A DNA stretch of 32,000 nucleotides, taken from positions 1,530,329 to 1,562,328 of the forward strand of contig NC_015913.1 of NCBI RefSeq assembly GCF_000270205.1, in the 5' to 3' direction. The notes beneath the pieces are model-generated. The model ran no database searches, was not told the DNA's origin, and worked only from the letters and a program-made list of their open reading frames with translations. A program made the position numbers and the translations under genes. How positions within the stretch are numbered: position 1 is the first letter of the stretch; each line of letters opens with the position of its first letter. The stretch is from Candidatus Arthromitus sp. SFB-mouse-Japan. Its GTDB lineage: Bacteria > Bacillota > Clostridia > Clostridiales > Clostridiaceae. Shown piece after piece: positions 19,554 through 29,300 of this stretch.

Positions 19554-19838
19554 CTACTTAACTATATTAATTATAGATTTTTCTCCCTCAAATACATAAC
19601 CTAGTCTATCTCTAACTAAAACCTCTAAGTATTCCTTAGTATTTGATAAATTTAATTCATCTTTTAATAATTGAATTTCCCAGGTTATATCCTCTAGTTT
19701 ATCCTGATACTTCATAAATTCAACTTCTACATTATATCGATCAAAATCATTTTTAAACAGAGTGATCAAACTATAAATTAATATGACCAAAATCACAATA
19801 TTCCTAATAAAAAAAATACGTTTCCTTTGTTTAACCAA
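19554..19838 (-). CDS. divIC: Septum formation initiator (DivIC/FtsB family)
   Basis: 94 aa with a basic N-terminus, one TM helix (IVILVILIYSLITLF) and a coiled-coil segment. TTG start preceded by AAGAGGT. Syntenic position. Confidence 0.75.
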   Translation of the reverse strand: MVKQRKRIFFIRNIVILVILIYSLITLFKNDFDRYNVEVEFMKYQDKLEDITWEIQLLKDELNLSNTKEYLEVLVRDRLGYVFEGEKSIINIVK

Positions 19839-19910
19839 AATAACCTCTTTGTAAATTAAATTTTCAATACATAAATATTTTAATACAATTTAGTTTTTTT
19901 TCAATATATT

Positions 19911-20291
19911 CTAATAATTTTTTTTATTTACAACTCTTGAAATAATATATATTAAATTTTTAAATATATATCTAATTATTTCCAAAAGGAAACCTACTAA
20001 ATTATTGATTATCCTATATATAAATATAGATATACACTTTGTATAAAATATAATACCTAATAATATATAAAAATAAGTATAAAACGATAGTATAGCATAC
20101 TGTGTGTTCAATAAAAATATAAACACTAATACCCCCACAACCATCCAATATATATGATCAATTATAATTCTAAAAACTTTATAATATACATCTCTAAATA
20201 ACACTCTATATATATCAAACCCTATTCCAAATATAACTCCAGATATAAAACTATAAAACAAAATCAATATCTGTATATCTAGGTTAATCAT
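19911..20291 (-). CDS. yabQ: Spore cortex biosynthesis protein YabQ
   Basis: 126-aa polytopic membrane protein with the YabQ-type N-terminal G..FG.GFDIYRV motif. It has a 4-nt overlap with yabP. Confidence 0.8.
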   Translation of the reverse strand: MINLDIQILILFYSFISGVIFGIGFDIYRVLFRDVYYKVFRIIIDHIYWMVVGVLVFIFLLNTQYAILSFYTYFYILLGIIFYTKCISIFIYRIINNLVGFLLEIIRYIFKNLIYIISRVVNKKNY

Positions 20292-20602
20292 TTATTCTTA
20301 CCCAGTATTTTTTTAACTATACCTAACTTATTCTTATCACCTTTAAACTTCTTATCATCTAAATACTTACACTCATTAATGTTACCTGTAATACTAATTT
20401 CCCCATTTTTTAAATCTAACTTACTAATCTTAAGATTATTCCCTATAATTTCTAGTTTCTTTAGAACAGTATTTAGAGTTACCTTTTCTTCATCAAAAGA
20501 TAAAACTTCAAATACTCCAGTTATACTTATATTTTTTCTATTCTCAAGTAATATATTACTCTTCTTTATTAATTCTGTAGTATTATCTTTTTTATATTCC
20601 AT
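20288..20602 (-). CDS. yabP: Sporulation protein YabP
   Basis: ITGVFEVLSFDEEKVTLNTVLKKLEIIGNNLKISKLDLKNGEISITGNI matches the YabP family pattern. ATG 20602 follows a GGAGGT SD; the ORF-track TTG 20614 lies in that SD. Confidence 0.85.
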   Translation of the reverse strand: MEYKKDNTTELIKKSNILLENRKNISITGVFEVLSFDEEKVTLNTVLKKLEIIGNNLKISKLDLKNGEISITGNINECKYLDDKKFKGDKNKLGIVKKILGKNK

Positions 20603-20610
20603 AATTACCT

Positions 20611-20652
20611 CCAATTAATATTCTTCATTAAATTAATATGAATATTAATTGG
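20611..20652 (-). promoter_or_regulatory. Perfect 13-bp inverted repeat (16-nt spacer) in the yabO-yabP intergenic region, abutting the yabP SD
   Basis: Plus-strand CCAATTAATATTC (20611-20623) and GAATATTAATTGG (20640-20652) are exact reverse complements. On the mRNA strand the downstream arm ends in GG, the first two bases of the yabP GGAGGT. Confidence 0.5.
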
Positions 20653-20671
20653 TAAGTATTACATTAATAAA

Positions 20672-20911
20672 TTATATAATTCTATACATTTTTTCAGCTT
20701 CATCCTTTCTTACATTTTCCTTTATATCTAAAATCTCTATCTTAAAATTATTATTTCCAAAAATTATTTCCAAAACATCACCAACATTAACCTTAGATGA
20801 TGGCTTTGATAATTTCCCATTTATTAAAACCTTATCTGAATCACATGCATCCTTTGCAACAGTCCTTCTCTTTATTATCCTAGTTACTTTTAAAAATTTA
20901 TCTAATCTCAT
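20672..20911 (-). CDS. yabO: S4-domain RNA-binding protein (YabO/Hsp15 family)
   Basis: 79 aa. MRLDKFLKVTRIIKRRTVAKDACDSDKVLINGK is a typical S4 domain, and the position before yabP is syntenic. Confidence 0.85.
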   Translation of the reverse strand: MRLDKFLKVTRIIKRRTVAKDACDSDKVLINGKLSKPSSKVNVGDVLEIIFGNNNFKIEILDIKENVRKDEAEKMYRII

Positions 20912-20923
20912 ATTATCTCCTCC

Positions 20924-20956
20924 TATAAATAAAGATCCGAGAAAAAACTCGGATCT
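20924..20956 (-). terminator. Hairpin / probable partial terminator after hup
   Basis: Minus strand AGATCCGAG, loop TTTTTT, CTCGGATCT directly after the hup stop, followed by TTATTTAT and then the yabO SD. The T-tract is weak, so read-through is likely. Confidence 0.5.
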
Positions 20957-21232
20957 CTATTTATTAACTCTATCTTTGAATTCTTTACCTGCTTTAAATA
21001 CCGGAACCTTGGCTGCAGGAATCTTTATTGGTTCATTGTTTTGAGGATTTCTTCCTTCTCTCTCAGCTCTCTCCCTAATTTCGAAAGTTCCAAAGCCTAC
21101 TAATTGAACTTTGTCTGCATTTTCTAACGCTTCAAAAACACTCTTTATAAATGCATTTAGAGCAGCTTCAGCATCTTTTTTACTAAGTTCACTCTTCTGC
21201 GCTATACTAGCAACCAATTCAGCTTTATTCAA
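20957..21232 (-). CDS. hup: DNA-binding protein HU
   Basis: (M)NKAELVASIAQKSELSKKDAEAALNAFI...GFGTFEIRERAEREGRNPQNNEPIKIPAAKVPVFKAGKEFKDRV is canonical HU. I place the start at TTG 21232, 8 nt after AAGGAGG. The ORF-track upstream TTG 21274 has no SD. Confidence 0.9.
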   Translation of the reverse strand: MNKAELVASIAQKSELSKKDAEAALNAFIKSVFEALENADKVQLVGFGTFEIRERAEREGRNPQNNEPIKIPAAKVPVFKAGKEFKDRVNK

Positions 21233-21397
21233 TCCTATATCCTCCTTAGATTGAGTTGTTAATTCGTTATACAATAAACTATAACTAATTAAAACTACTA
21301 TGTAATACTAAATTTATTTTTCTGTGTTAATGTTATCATAACTAAAAATATTATTCAACAACATTATTTCTAAGTATTATATTTCCATACTACACAC

Positions 21398-22933
21398 TTA
21401 TTTAATAGATGTAAATATACTACTTAACTCTCTCATTTTAAATAAAACAAGACTCAAAATGTATATAATACCTCCAATTATCCCACATATAAAAATACTT
21501 AACACTGTACTCCCAGACATCTTATAAAAATAATCAAATGATAATAATGCTATTATTATCATTAAAAGAGAAGAAAATAGAGGTGTTATTATTATATCCA
21601 ATATATTCAAATTTATATTTAATTTTTTCTTAATTGCACTAAAATTCAAATAACTTGTTAATATGTATGAAAATATTGTAGCTAAAACTGCACCATATAT
21701 ATTAAATTCAGAGTTTCCAGTTAAAATTAAGGTCACTATGACTTTAATAAAACACCCTATCAAAAGATTAATAACTGGTCTTATATAATTATTTGTACTT
21801 TGAAGTATAGATATTGATACTTGAGAAAAAATTATAAAGGGTATACTAACTGCTGCATATCTCAATATATTGTATCCATCTGTATTGTTTGGAAATATCA
21901 CATTCATTATAGGATATGCTAAAAAATACATAGATATAAAACAAGGAAATGCTATATAGCTTGACAATTTAAAACACATAATAACCTTATCTTTAAACTC
22001 TTCCATTTTATTTAAAACAAAAAGTCTAGATAACGTTGGTATCACAGATGTTCCTAAAGCAACCGCAAGTGCAAGAGGAACATTTATAATAACAGAAACC
22101 TTACCAGTTAACTGTCCATATAATACCGTGGCCTCTCTATTAGTATATCCAGCATTCAAAAGCATTTGAGGGACTAAAATCGAATCTATCAAAACCATTA
22201 TTGTTGATACTGTAGCCCCAAGAGATAATGGTATTGCTATTTTTAATATCTTACCTACATATTTCCTACCATTTATATTTTTTCTATTTATGCCATCAAA
22301 ATATTTTATACTAAATTTCAAATACATAATAACAATAAATACCGTTGCTATTATTCCACCTATTACAGCACCAAAAGATGCGCCTCCAGCTGCATAGTGT
22401 ATGCCCTTATATAAAAGCAGGTAAGCAAGCGATACTCCAACCACAACTCTTATAATTTGTTCAATTATTTGAGAAATCCCTGTTGGAACCATATTCTCCA
22501 TTCCCTGAAATACTCCCCGAAAAACACCCAAAAGACATACACTAATAGGTGCTATAGATATTCCAATGAAACAAAGATAAACCTTACTATCCCATTTGAG
22601 TAAATTTATTATCGGATTTGAAAATACTAACAAGATAATGCTTGTACCTACTCCTAAAAATATCATAATCCTAAGAGAAGCTTTTATTATACTTACTATA
22701 GATTCCTTATCTCCATATGCAGATCTCTCAGATACAAATTTTGAAACAGCAATAGGCATTCCTGACACAATACCAATAAAAAACATGTATAATGGATATG
22801 TCATTTGATAGTACCCAATTCCTTCATCACCTATAAGCATAACAAGAGGCCATCTGAAAAATATCCCCAAAAATTTTGCAATTATACTGCTTACACTAAG
22901 TATAAGTGTTCCTTTTATTATCTTATTTTTCAT
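21398..22933 (-). CDS. MOP-superfamily flippase (YabM / SpoVB / MurJ-like polysaccharide biosynthesis protein)
   Basis: About 511 aa and about 14 predicted TM helices. It occupies the position of B. subtilis yabM, downstream of spoVT. Start taken at ATG 22933 after a GGGGGA SD. Confidence 0.75.
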   Translation of the reverse strand: MKNKIIKGTLILSVSSIIAKFLGIFFRWPLVMLIGDEGIGYYQMTYPLYMFFIGIVSGMPIAVSKFVSERSAYGDKESIVSIIKASLRIMIFLGVGTSIILLVFSNPIINLLKWDSKVYLCFIGISIAPISVCLLGVFRGVFQGMENMVPTGISQIIEQIIRVVVGVSLAYLLLYKGIHYAAGGASFGAVIGGIIATVFIVIMYLKFSIKYFDGINRKNINGRKYVGKILKIAIPLSLGATVSTIMVLIDSILVPQMLLNAGYTNREATVLYGQLTGKVSVIINVPLALAVALGTSVIPTLSRLFVLNKMEEFKDKVIMCFKLSSYIAFPCFISMYFLAYPIMNVIFPNNTDGYNILRYAAVSIPFIIFSQVSISILQSTNNYIRPVINLLIGCFIKVIVTLILTGNSEFNIYGAVLATIFSYILTSYLNFSAIKKKLNINLNILDIIITPLFSSLLMIIIALLSFDYFYKMSGSTVLSIFICGIIGGIIYILSLVLFKMRELSSIFTSIK

Positions 22934-23000
22934 AAATCCCCCAAACAATAAATGATAATACACTTAATTATTATTTAATAATATAAAAAATATTACTAAA

Positions 23001-23033
23001 TAAAAAAATTAAAAAGCTATGAAATCATAGCTT
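23001..23033 (-). terminator. Rho-independent terminator after spoVT
   Basis: Minus strand AAGCTATG, loop ATTT, CATAGCTT, followed by TTTAATTTTTTTATTT. Confidence 0.7.
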
Positions 23034-23048
23034 CTCAATATGTAAAAT

Positions 23049-23597
23049 TTATTCCATTTGCTTCCCTAAAAATGATGCAGCTGTTTCAGCAAGCTTTTGC
23101 TCAACTATCCCAAGCTTATCGTCACCCTCTTTTGATAATATTATTACAGAACCTATTGTATCTCCTTCTGCAACAATTGGTGAAATTATTTGAGAAGAGT
23201 ATTTATTCTCTAAATTCTCATCAATGCATAATGGTAAAAATTCTTCTTGATTTGTTATACACAACGTTTTTCTATTCTCTAATACTTTCTCAAGCTCCGG
23301 ACTTATTTTCTTATCTAAATACTCTTTTTTAGATATACCACAAACCGATATGAATTCATCTTTATCAGAAATTAAAACTATATTACCTATGGCCTGTTGA
23401 AGTGACTCTGCATATTCTTTTGAAAAATCACTCAATTCTTCTATTGGAGAGTACTTCTTTAATATAACCCCACCATCTCTATCAGTAAATATTTCGAGTG
23501 GGTCACCCTCTCTTATTCTTAGAGTCTTTCTTATTTCTTTAGGTATTACAACTCTCCCTAAATCATCTATTCTTCTAACAATTCCAGTTGCTTTCAT
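23049..23597 (-). CDS. spoVT: Stage V sporulation protein T (AbrB-type N-domain plus GAF-like C-domain)
   Basis: MKATGIVRRIDDLGRVVIPKEIRKTLRIREGDPLEIF is the SpoVT/AbrB swapped-hairpin domain. The protein is 182 aa and sits in the syntenic position after mfd. Confidence 0.92.
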   Translation of the reverse strand: MKATGIVRRIDDLGRVVIPKEIRKTLRIREGDPLEIFTDRDGGVILKKYSPIEELSDFSKEYAESLQQAIGNIVLISDKDEFISVCGISKKEYLDKKISPELEKVLENRKTLCITNQEEFLPLCIDENLENKYSSQIISPIVAEGDTIGSVIILSKEGDDKLGIVEQKLAETAASFLGKQME

Positions 23598-23679
23598 TAA
23601 TTCTTTTCCTCCTCAAATTCACAGATAACTTACTTGACATACTTATTATTTATCATTTCTGTTATTTTATACATAACAT

Positions 23680-23710
23680 AGAAAAAAAGAGTAGTAATAC
23701 TACTCTTTTT
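23680..23710 (-). terminator. Rho-independent terminator overlapping the stop of the downstream prsA paralog
   Basis: Minus strand AAAAGAGTAG, loop TATTA, CTACTCTTTT, followed by TTTC. The TAG stop lies inside the 5' arm. Confidence 0.65.
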
Positions 23711-24689
23711 TACCAGTTATATTCTCTGTATATATCTTTACATCATATTTTTCCTTTACCTTTGTAAACAAAGAATTTATTGTTTCATTTATTTTATCAC
23801 TCTTTAATGTATCTTCTATATCTTTAGAAACTCTATCTAAATCTTGAGTCCATTCTTTAGAATTAATATTTTCAACTTTTATAATGTGATATCCAAATTG
23901 AGTCTTAACAGGTCCTCGAATTTCGCCTTCTTTCATATCCTTTACTTCATCCATAAACTCTTTTACAAGTTGTGAATTATCAAACTCTTGGTAACCTAAA
24001 TATCCATCAACATTAGCACTTCCATCTTGGCTATAAGTTCTTGCAAGTTTACCAAAATCTTCTCCATCATTTAGTTTTTCTAATACAGTATTAGCAGTGT
24101 CTTCATCTGCTACAAATATATGGTATACATCTGCCCCTGGACCCTTTACAAATTTAGTCTTATTGTCATTATAATACTGTTTTATTTCACTTGATGATAT
24201 TTTCAAATTATCAGTCTCTTTATTTATAAGTTCTTCTATAATAAGTGATATTTTAAGCTTATTTTTATAATCTTCTTCATCTTTAAATCTACTATTTATT
24301 ATAGCCGTTTCAAATGCCTCATCACTTCCGAAAATGCTCTTCATATTTTCAAATTCTTCGTCTACTTTCTCTTGTATCTCAGCATCATCAACTAATGATT
24401 CATCCTTTGCATATTGAACTAATGCTTTTTGTTCTACATACTGTTCAACTAAATCTAAATATACATTTTTAAAATCTTCAGATTCCTTATAATTTTCTCC
24501 ATATTGAGTTATAAATCCATTTTTAAGCCCACTATAGTATTCATCTACTTCTGTTTTGGTAATATCCTCTTTCTTTATTCTTGCAACAATATTTTCATCT
24601 TTCGGTGTACCCCCACCAATACAAGAATATAAAAAACATATTGTTACTATTGGAGCTAAAACTAATGATGTAATCTTTCTAAATTTCAT
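23700..24689 (-). CDS. prsA: PrsA-type parvulin peptidyl-prolyl isomerase lipoprotein (paralog 2)
   Basis: Signal peptide with lipobox FLYSC, a SurA-like N-domain and the parvulin motif VKTQFGYHIIKV. Confidence 0.85.
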   Translation of the reverse strand: MKFRKITSLVLAPIVTICFLYSCIGGGTPKDENIVARIKKEDITKTEVDEYYSGLKNGFITQYGENYKESEDFKNVYLDLVEQYVEQKALVQYAKDESLVDDAEIQEKVDEEFENMKSIFGSDEAFETAIINSRFKDEEDYKNKLKISLIIEELINKETDNLKISSSEIKQYYNDNKTKFVKGPGADVYHIFVADEDTANTVLEKLNDGEDFGKLARTYSQDGSANVDGYLGYQEFDNSQLVKEFMDEVKDMKEGEIRGPVKTQFGYHIIKVENINSKEWTQDLDRVSKDIEDTLKSDKINETINSLFTKVKEKYDVKIYTENITGKKE

Positions 24690-24725
24690 ATTATAATTCC
24701 TCCTAAGATTATCGAAGCATTAAGA

Positions 24726-25745
24726 TTATTTTACCTTAAGTTTCTTCTCTTTAAATAAATTCTCAGAAAACTCAGTAACAGCCTTATTCTTTTTCTCATA
24801 TAATAACGTCTCTTCTATTTCAGATTTCACAGATTCAAAATCAGTATATTGATCCTCAGTTCTAACATCTGTAACTTTTATTATATGATAACCAAACTGA
24901 GTTTTAACAGGGTCTGATATTTCACCCTCTTTTAAATTCTTTGCGCCAGCTAAAAAATCAGCATCATAATTAGTATTATCATACTCAACAAATCCTAAAC
25001 TTCCACCTGTTTGACTAGTTGCATCCTTGTTTAATTCTTTTGCTATATCTTCATATTTCTCTCCATTATTAAGTCTTTCTTTAACTTTTAGTGCCTCTTC
25101 TTCTGTGTCAACTAAAATATGATACATAATAGCTCCAGGACGTGTTATGTATTTAGTATCTTTATTATCTTCATAATATTTATTTAATTCCTCTTCAGTG
25201 ACACTAACATCCTTTATAAGATCATCAACTAAAGCATTTATCTTTATTATGTCCCTCTGTTTATTTTTATAATCTTCCTCATCTACATAAAAAGCTTCAT
25301 TCAATGCTTTATTAAATCGTTCTTGATCTATTTTATGACCGTGCCCATCATCCACACCATTCTCTTCATCTATAAATAAATCCTTAACTGCGTGTAATGA
25401 CTCCTCTACCTTATTATTTATCTCTTCTTCAGAGATAAGCCCTCTTTTATCAAACTCTTCTATTAAAATAGAATTTTGAGAATAATTCTCTGCAAAAGCT
25501 TTCAATTGATCATTCAAATATCCAGCATCATTTTTATAATTTTCTCCATATCTTTGAACTAAAGCATTATGAAATCCTGCAAAGTAATCCTCAACCTCCC
25601 CTCTAGTTATCTTTCTCCCTTCATAAGTTGCCAAAACTTCCTTTCTTATAGCCTCTTCTGTTTTTTCAATAGTACTACAAGAAGAAACTGTAAAAAGAAT
25701 CGATAATGATATACAAACCCTACTTAATATTTTGTTAAATTTCAT
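24726..25745 (-). CDS. prsA: PrsA-type parvulin peptidyl-prolyl isomerase lipoprotein (paralog 1)
   Basis: Signal peptide with lipobox TVSSC and the same parvulin motif VKTQFGYHIIKV. Clearly homologous to the adjacent gene along its full length. Confidence 0.85.
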   Translation of the reverse strand: MKFNKILSRVCISLSILFTVSSCSTIEKTEEAIRKEVLATYEGRKITRGEVEDYFAGFHNALVQRYGENYKNDAGYLNDQLKAFAENYSQNSILIEEFDKRGLISEEEINNKVEESLHAVKDLFIDEENGVDDGHGHKIDQERFNKALNEAFYVDEEDYKNKQRDIIKINALVDDLIKDVSVTEEELNKYYEDNKDTKYITRPGAIMYHILVDTEEEALKVKERLNNGEKYEDIAKELNKDATSQTGGSLGFVEYDNTNYDADFLAGAKNLKEGEISDPVKTQFGYHIIKVTDVRTEDQYTDFESVKSEIEETLLYEKKNKAVTEFSENLFKEKKLKVK

Positions 25746-25773
25746 TTTAAAATATCCTCCCAGTTATTAAGCT

Positions 25774-28700
25774 TTATTGTTTTTTAACATCTTTTATTAA
25801 ATTTTCTAACAATTTTATAAATTCATCAATCATAACACTCTTATCGTCACAATCAATTTTATAATAAAAACAAGGCTTATCACCCAAATTAAATGTTACC
25901 TTACCTTGATAATTATTACATATATAATTAAATCCATAATCATCTAAAAAATCTTTGCTCTTATACTCAAATAAAATCTTATCGCCTATTTCTTTTATTT
26001 GAGAAAAACCCAATTTCTTCCCTAGAGCTCTTATATATGATATCTTTATTAAATTATCGATCTCAAAAGGTATTACAGAAAACCTATCCATAAGTTCCTC
26101 TTTTATATATGATATATCCTTTTTATCCTCAATACACGATATTTTTTTATATATTTCAAGTTTTTGCATTTCATCTTCTATGTAATTATCTTTTATATAG
26201 ACATCAATCTTTATATCAACAACTGTATTTACTTCTACACAAGTAACTTCTCCCTGAAGCATCTTTATAGCATCCTCAAGCATCTTACAATAAAGATCAT
26301 ACCCAACAACACTCATTTGGCCATGTTGAGACTCACCAATTAAATTCCCAGATCCCCTAATTTCCAAATCTTTCATTGCTACTTTAAACCCAGATCCAAG
26401 TTCTGTAAAATCCTTGAGCGTCTTTAATCTCTTCTCTGCAACTTCACTTAAAACTCTATCTTTTTTATAAGTTAGATATGCATATGCTACTTTATTACTT
26501 CTACCAACTCTACCTCTTAGTTGATATAACTGAGATAAACCAAATTTATCTGCATTATGTATAATTATAGTATTAGCATTTTTTATATCAATCCCTGTTT
26601 CAATTATAGTTGTACAGACAAGAAAATCTATATCCTTATTTAAAAATTTTATTAATATATCTTCTATTTCTCTTTCGCCCATTTGACCATGAATAACAGA
26701 AAATCTACATTCAGGAACCAAATTTTGAAGATAAATATTCATTTTATCTATGTTTTCAACACTATTATACAAGAAAAATCCTTGTCCACATCGTGAAATT
26801 TCTTTCATAATAGCTCCTCTTACTAATTGATCACTATATTCAACAACAAAAGTTTGAACTGGGTATCTATCTTCGGGTGGAGTATCTATTACACTAATAT
26901 CGCGTACACCAACCATTGACATATGAAGTGTTCTAGGTATAGGTGTTGCACTTAAACTAAGAACATCAATACTCTCTTTCATCTCTTTTATCTTTTCTTT
27001 ATGTTTAACTCCAAACCTTTGTTCCTCATCTATAATTAAAAGTCCTAAATTTTTAAATTGAACATCTTTAGATAAAAGTCTATGGGTTCCTACAATTATA
27101 TCAATCTCTCCAAGTTTTAATTTAGATAATGTCTCCTTCTGCTGTTTAGTGGTTCTAAACCTACTTAAAACATCAACGTTAAATGGGAATCCTTCAAACC
27201 TCTTCTTTATATTATTATAATGCTGATCTGCAAGAATCGTTGTTGGTACTAAAAATACAACCTGTCTTTTATCAACTACAGCCTTAAACATTGCTCTAAG
27301 GGCAACCTCAGTTTTCCCATATCCAACGTCACCACATAGTAGTCTATCCATAGGTTTATCTGACTCCATATCCTTTTTAATATCTTCTATAGCCAATAAT
27401 TGATCTGGTGTTTCTACGTATGGGAATTCTTGCTCAAATTGAGACTGCCAAGTACTATCTTTAGAATAAGCATATCCCTTTAAAATATTTCTCTTAGCAT
27501 ACAATTTAACTAAATTATATGCAATTTCATCAATGGACCTCCTAGTTTTTGTCTTTATCTTAATCCATTCACTTCCACCTAATTTATTTACTTTAGGACT
27601 CTTACCTTCAATACCTATGTACTTTTGAACCAAATCAAGCTGTTCTATAGGAACATATAACTTATCTTTTTTATCATACTCTATATCTAAATAATCTCTC
27701 TCAATTCCCTGAAAATCTATCTTCTTAATTCCTTTATATACCCCAATTCCATGATTCACATGTACTATATAATCACCTGGTTTAAGATCATAAAAACTCC
27801 TTATTTTCGTCAATCCTTTTTTAGATGACGAGAAGCTCTTTCTCTGTTTTCTTTGTTGATCATAGCCAAAAATTTCCTGATCACATATAACATATAAACT
27901 AAAATCTGAAAAATCATATCCTTCATTTAAATATCCAAGAGATATAAAAACCTTACCATTACAAATATTGTTAATATCATTACATAAAGTAGACTCTATA
28001 CCATATTCAATCAATAATTCCTTTAATTTTTTACATCTAGGTTCAGATGAAGATAGTATTATAACGCAATAGTCTTCGCTAAGTTTATCCTTTATTTCAT
28101 TTAATATAACGCTTATTTTGCCATCCATTTTTATGATGTTCTTAGTTTTAAATTCAATAATAGTATCTTTATTATAATAATTAAATAAATTAAATGATAA
28201 ATTATTTATTTTATTAACCTTTGATATTAACTTATCTTTATCTATAAGAAGATTAATTTGATTTGGTAAAACCTCACCTCTCAAAAGAAGCATATCAAAA
28301 TTACTAATAAACCTATCATATACTATATCTAAGGTTTCCATACATTTTTTATACTCATCTAAAAGTACAACAGAGTTACTCATAAATTCAAAAAATTCAG
28401 AAAGATATTTATGTAAATAGGGTATTATAATATTGTATTCATCATAAAAATTACCCTCTCTTAATTTATCCAATATAAAATTAAACTTGGTGCTTAATTT
28501 TTCTTTCACCTCTAAATCATTTATCCCTGTTATATGTTCTCTAAAATCCTTCTCAAGATTTTCATAAAGCTTACTTTTCTCTTCATCATTTAAAATAAAT
28601 TCCTTACACTGTATGATTTTAATACTTTGAATAGATTCAATACTCATTTGAGTTGTCACATTAAAACTCTTTATATTATCTATTGTATCTCCAAAAAATT

Positions 28701-29283
28701 CGATTCTATAAGCACATGAGAAGTTTATAGGAAAAATGTCTATAATTCCACCTCTTACAGCATACTGTCCCTTCTGTTCAACCTTATATACTTTTTCATA
28801 TCCAATAGAAAATATATCATTTATAAACTTTTCAAATTCATACTCCATATTTATATAAATATCAATATCTAATTTAATAAACCTACTATTGTTACTCATA
28901 TATAATGAAATTAAGCTCTCTATAGAAGTGCATATTATCTTATTCTCAGTTGAACACACCTCTCTGAAAGCTATAATTCTATCAAATTTTAAATCACTTG
29001 AAAACGCCTCTATATTATAAAAAACATTTTCTCTTTCTTGAAAATACACGCAATTATCTGTATAAACTCTTATATTTTCATACATTTCTTTAGCCTCATA
29101 ATTGCTTGCTGATATTACAAAAATTTTCCTATTAATTTTTTCAAATATACCATAAATTATATTAGCCTTAGTGGAACCGACAAGTCCACATACATCAATA
29201 TTCTTATTATTTTCTATTGAAAATAATATATTTTGAAATTTTTCAGAATTAAAAATTCTATTATTAATTCCTTCTAGTTTCAT
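25774..29283 (-). CDS. mfd: Transcription-repair coupling factor
   Basis: 1169 aa with a UvrB-homology N-region, a CarD/RNAP-interaction domain and SF2 helicase motifs (GDVGYGKTEVA, IIDEEQRFGV, LRGRVGRS). It sits in the conserved pth-mfd pair. Confidence 0.95.
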   Translation of the reverse strand: MKLEGINNRIFNSEKFQNILFSIENNKNIDVCGLVGSTKANIIYGIFEKINRKIFVISASNYEAKEMYENIRVYTDNCVYFQERENVFYNIEAFSSDLKFDRIIAFREVCSTENKIICTSIESLISLYMSNNSRFIKLDIDIYINMEYEFEKFINDIFSIGYEKVYKVEQKGQYAVRGGIIDIFPINFSCAYRIEFFGDTIDNIKSFNVTTQMSIESIQSIKIIQCKEFILNDEEKSKLYENLEKDFREHITGINDLEVKEKLSTKFNFILDKLREGNFYDEYNIIIPYLHKYLSEFFEFMSNSVVLLDEYKKCMETLDIVYDRFISNFDMLLLRGEVLPNQINLLIDKDKLISKVNKINNLSFNLFNYYNKDTIIEFKTKNIIKMDGKISVILNEIKDKLSEDYCVIILSSSEPRCKKLKELLIEYGIESTLCNDINNICNGKVFISLGYLNEGYDFSDFSLYVICDQEIFGYDQQRKQRKSFSSSKKGLTKIRSFYDLKPGDYIVHVNHGIGVYKGIKKIDFQGIERDYLDIEYDKKDKLYVPIEQLDLVQKYIGIEGKSPKVNKLGGSEWIKIKTKTRRSIDEIAYNLVKLYAKRNILKGYAYSKDSTWQSQFEQEFPYVETPDQLLAIEDIKKDMESDKPMDRLLCGDVGYGKTEVALRAMFKAVVDKRQVVFLVPTTILADQHYNNIKKRFEGFPFNVDVLSRFRTTKQQKETLSKLKLGEIDIIVGTHRLLSKDVQFKNLGLLIIDEEQRFGVKHKEKIKEMKESIDVLSLSATPIPRTLHMSMVGVRDISVIDTPPEDRYPVQTFVVEYSDQLVRGAIMKEISRCGQGFFLYNSVENIDKMNIYLQNLVPECRFSVIHGQMGEREIEDILIKFLNKDIDFLVCTTIIETGIDIKNANTIIIHNADKFGLSQLYQLRGRVGRSNKVAYAYLTYKKDRVLSEVAEKRLKTLKDFTELGSGFKVAMKDLEIRGSGNLIGESQHGQMSVVGYDLYCKMLEDAIKMLQGEVTCVEVNTVVDIKIDVYIKDNYIEDEMQKLEIYKKISCIEDKKDISYIKEELMDRFSVIPFEIDNLIKISYIRALGKKLGFSQIKEIGDKILFEYKSKDFLDDYGFNYICNNYQGKVTFNLGDKPCFYYKIDCDDKSVMIDEFIKLLENLIKDVKKQ

Positions 29284-29300
29284 AAAACACCGCCCATTAC

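Noticed and set aside
20649-21044. 131-aa plus-strand ORF antisense to yabO and hup, plus similar antisense ORFs (1987-2205, 8098-8913, 12410-13250, 13789-14085, 15246-15995, 17331-17648, 18303-18488, 22596-22808, 23072-23332)
   Set aside because: All are fully contained in, and antisense to, confidently identified genes. Their composition is what an AT-rich antisense frame produces, and none has a convincing SD or start context.
23598-23699. Possible forespore sigma (sigma-G/F-like) promoter upstream of spoVT: GTATA, 17 nt, AATAATA on the minus strand
   Set aside because: The -10 lacks the conserved C/G positions, and such AT-only matches are expected by chance in this composition. I cannot support it without TSS data.
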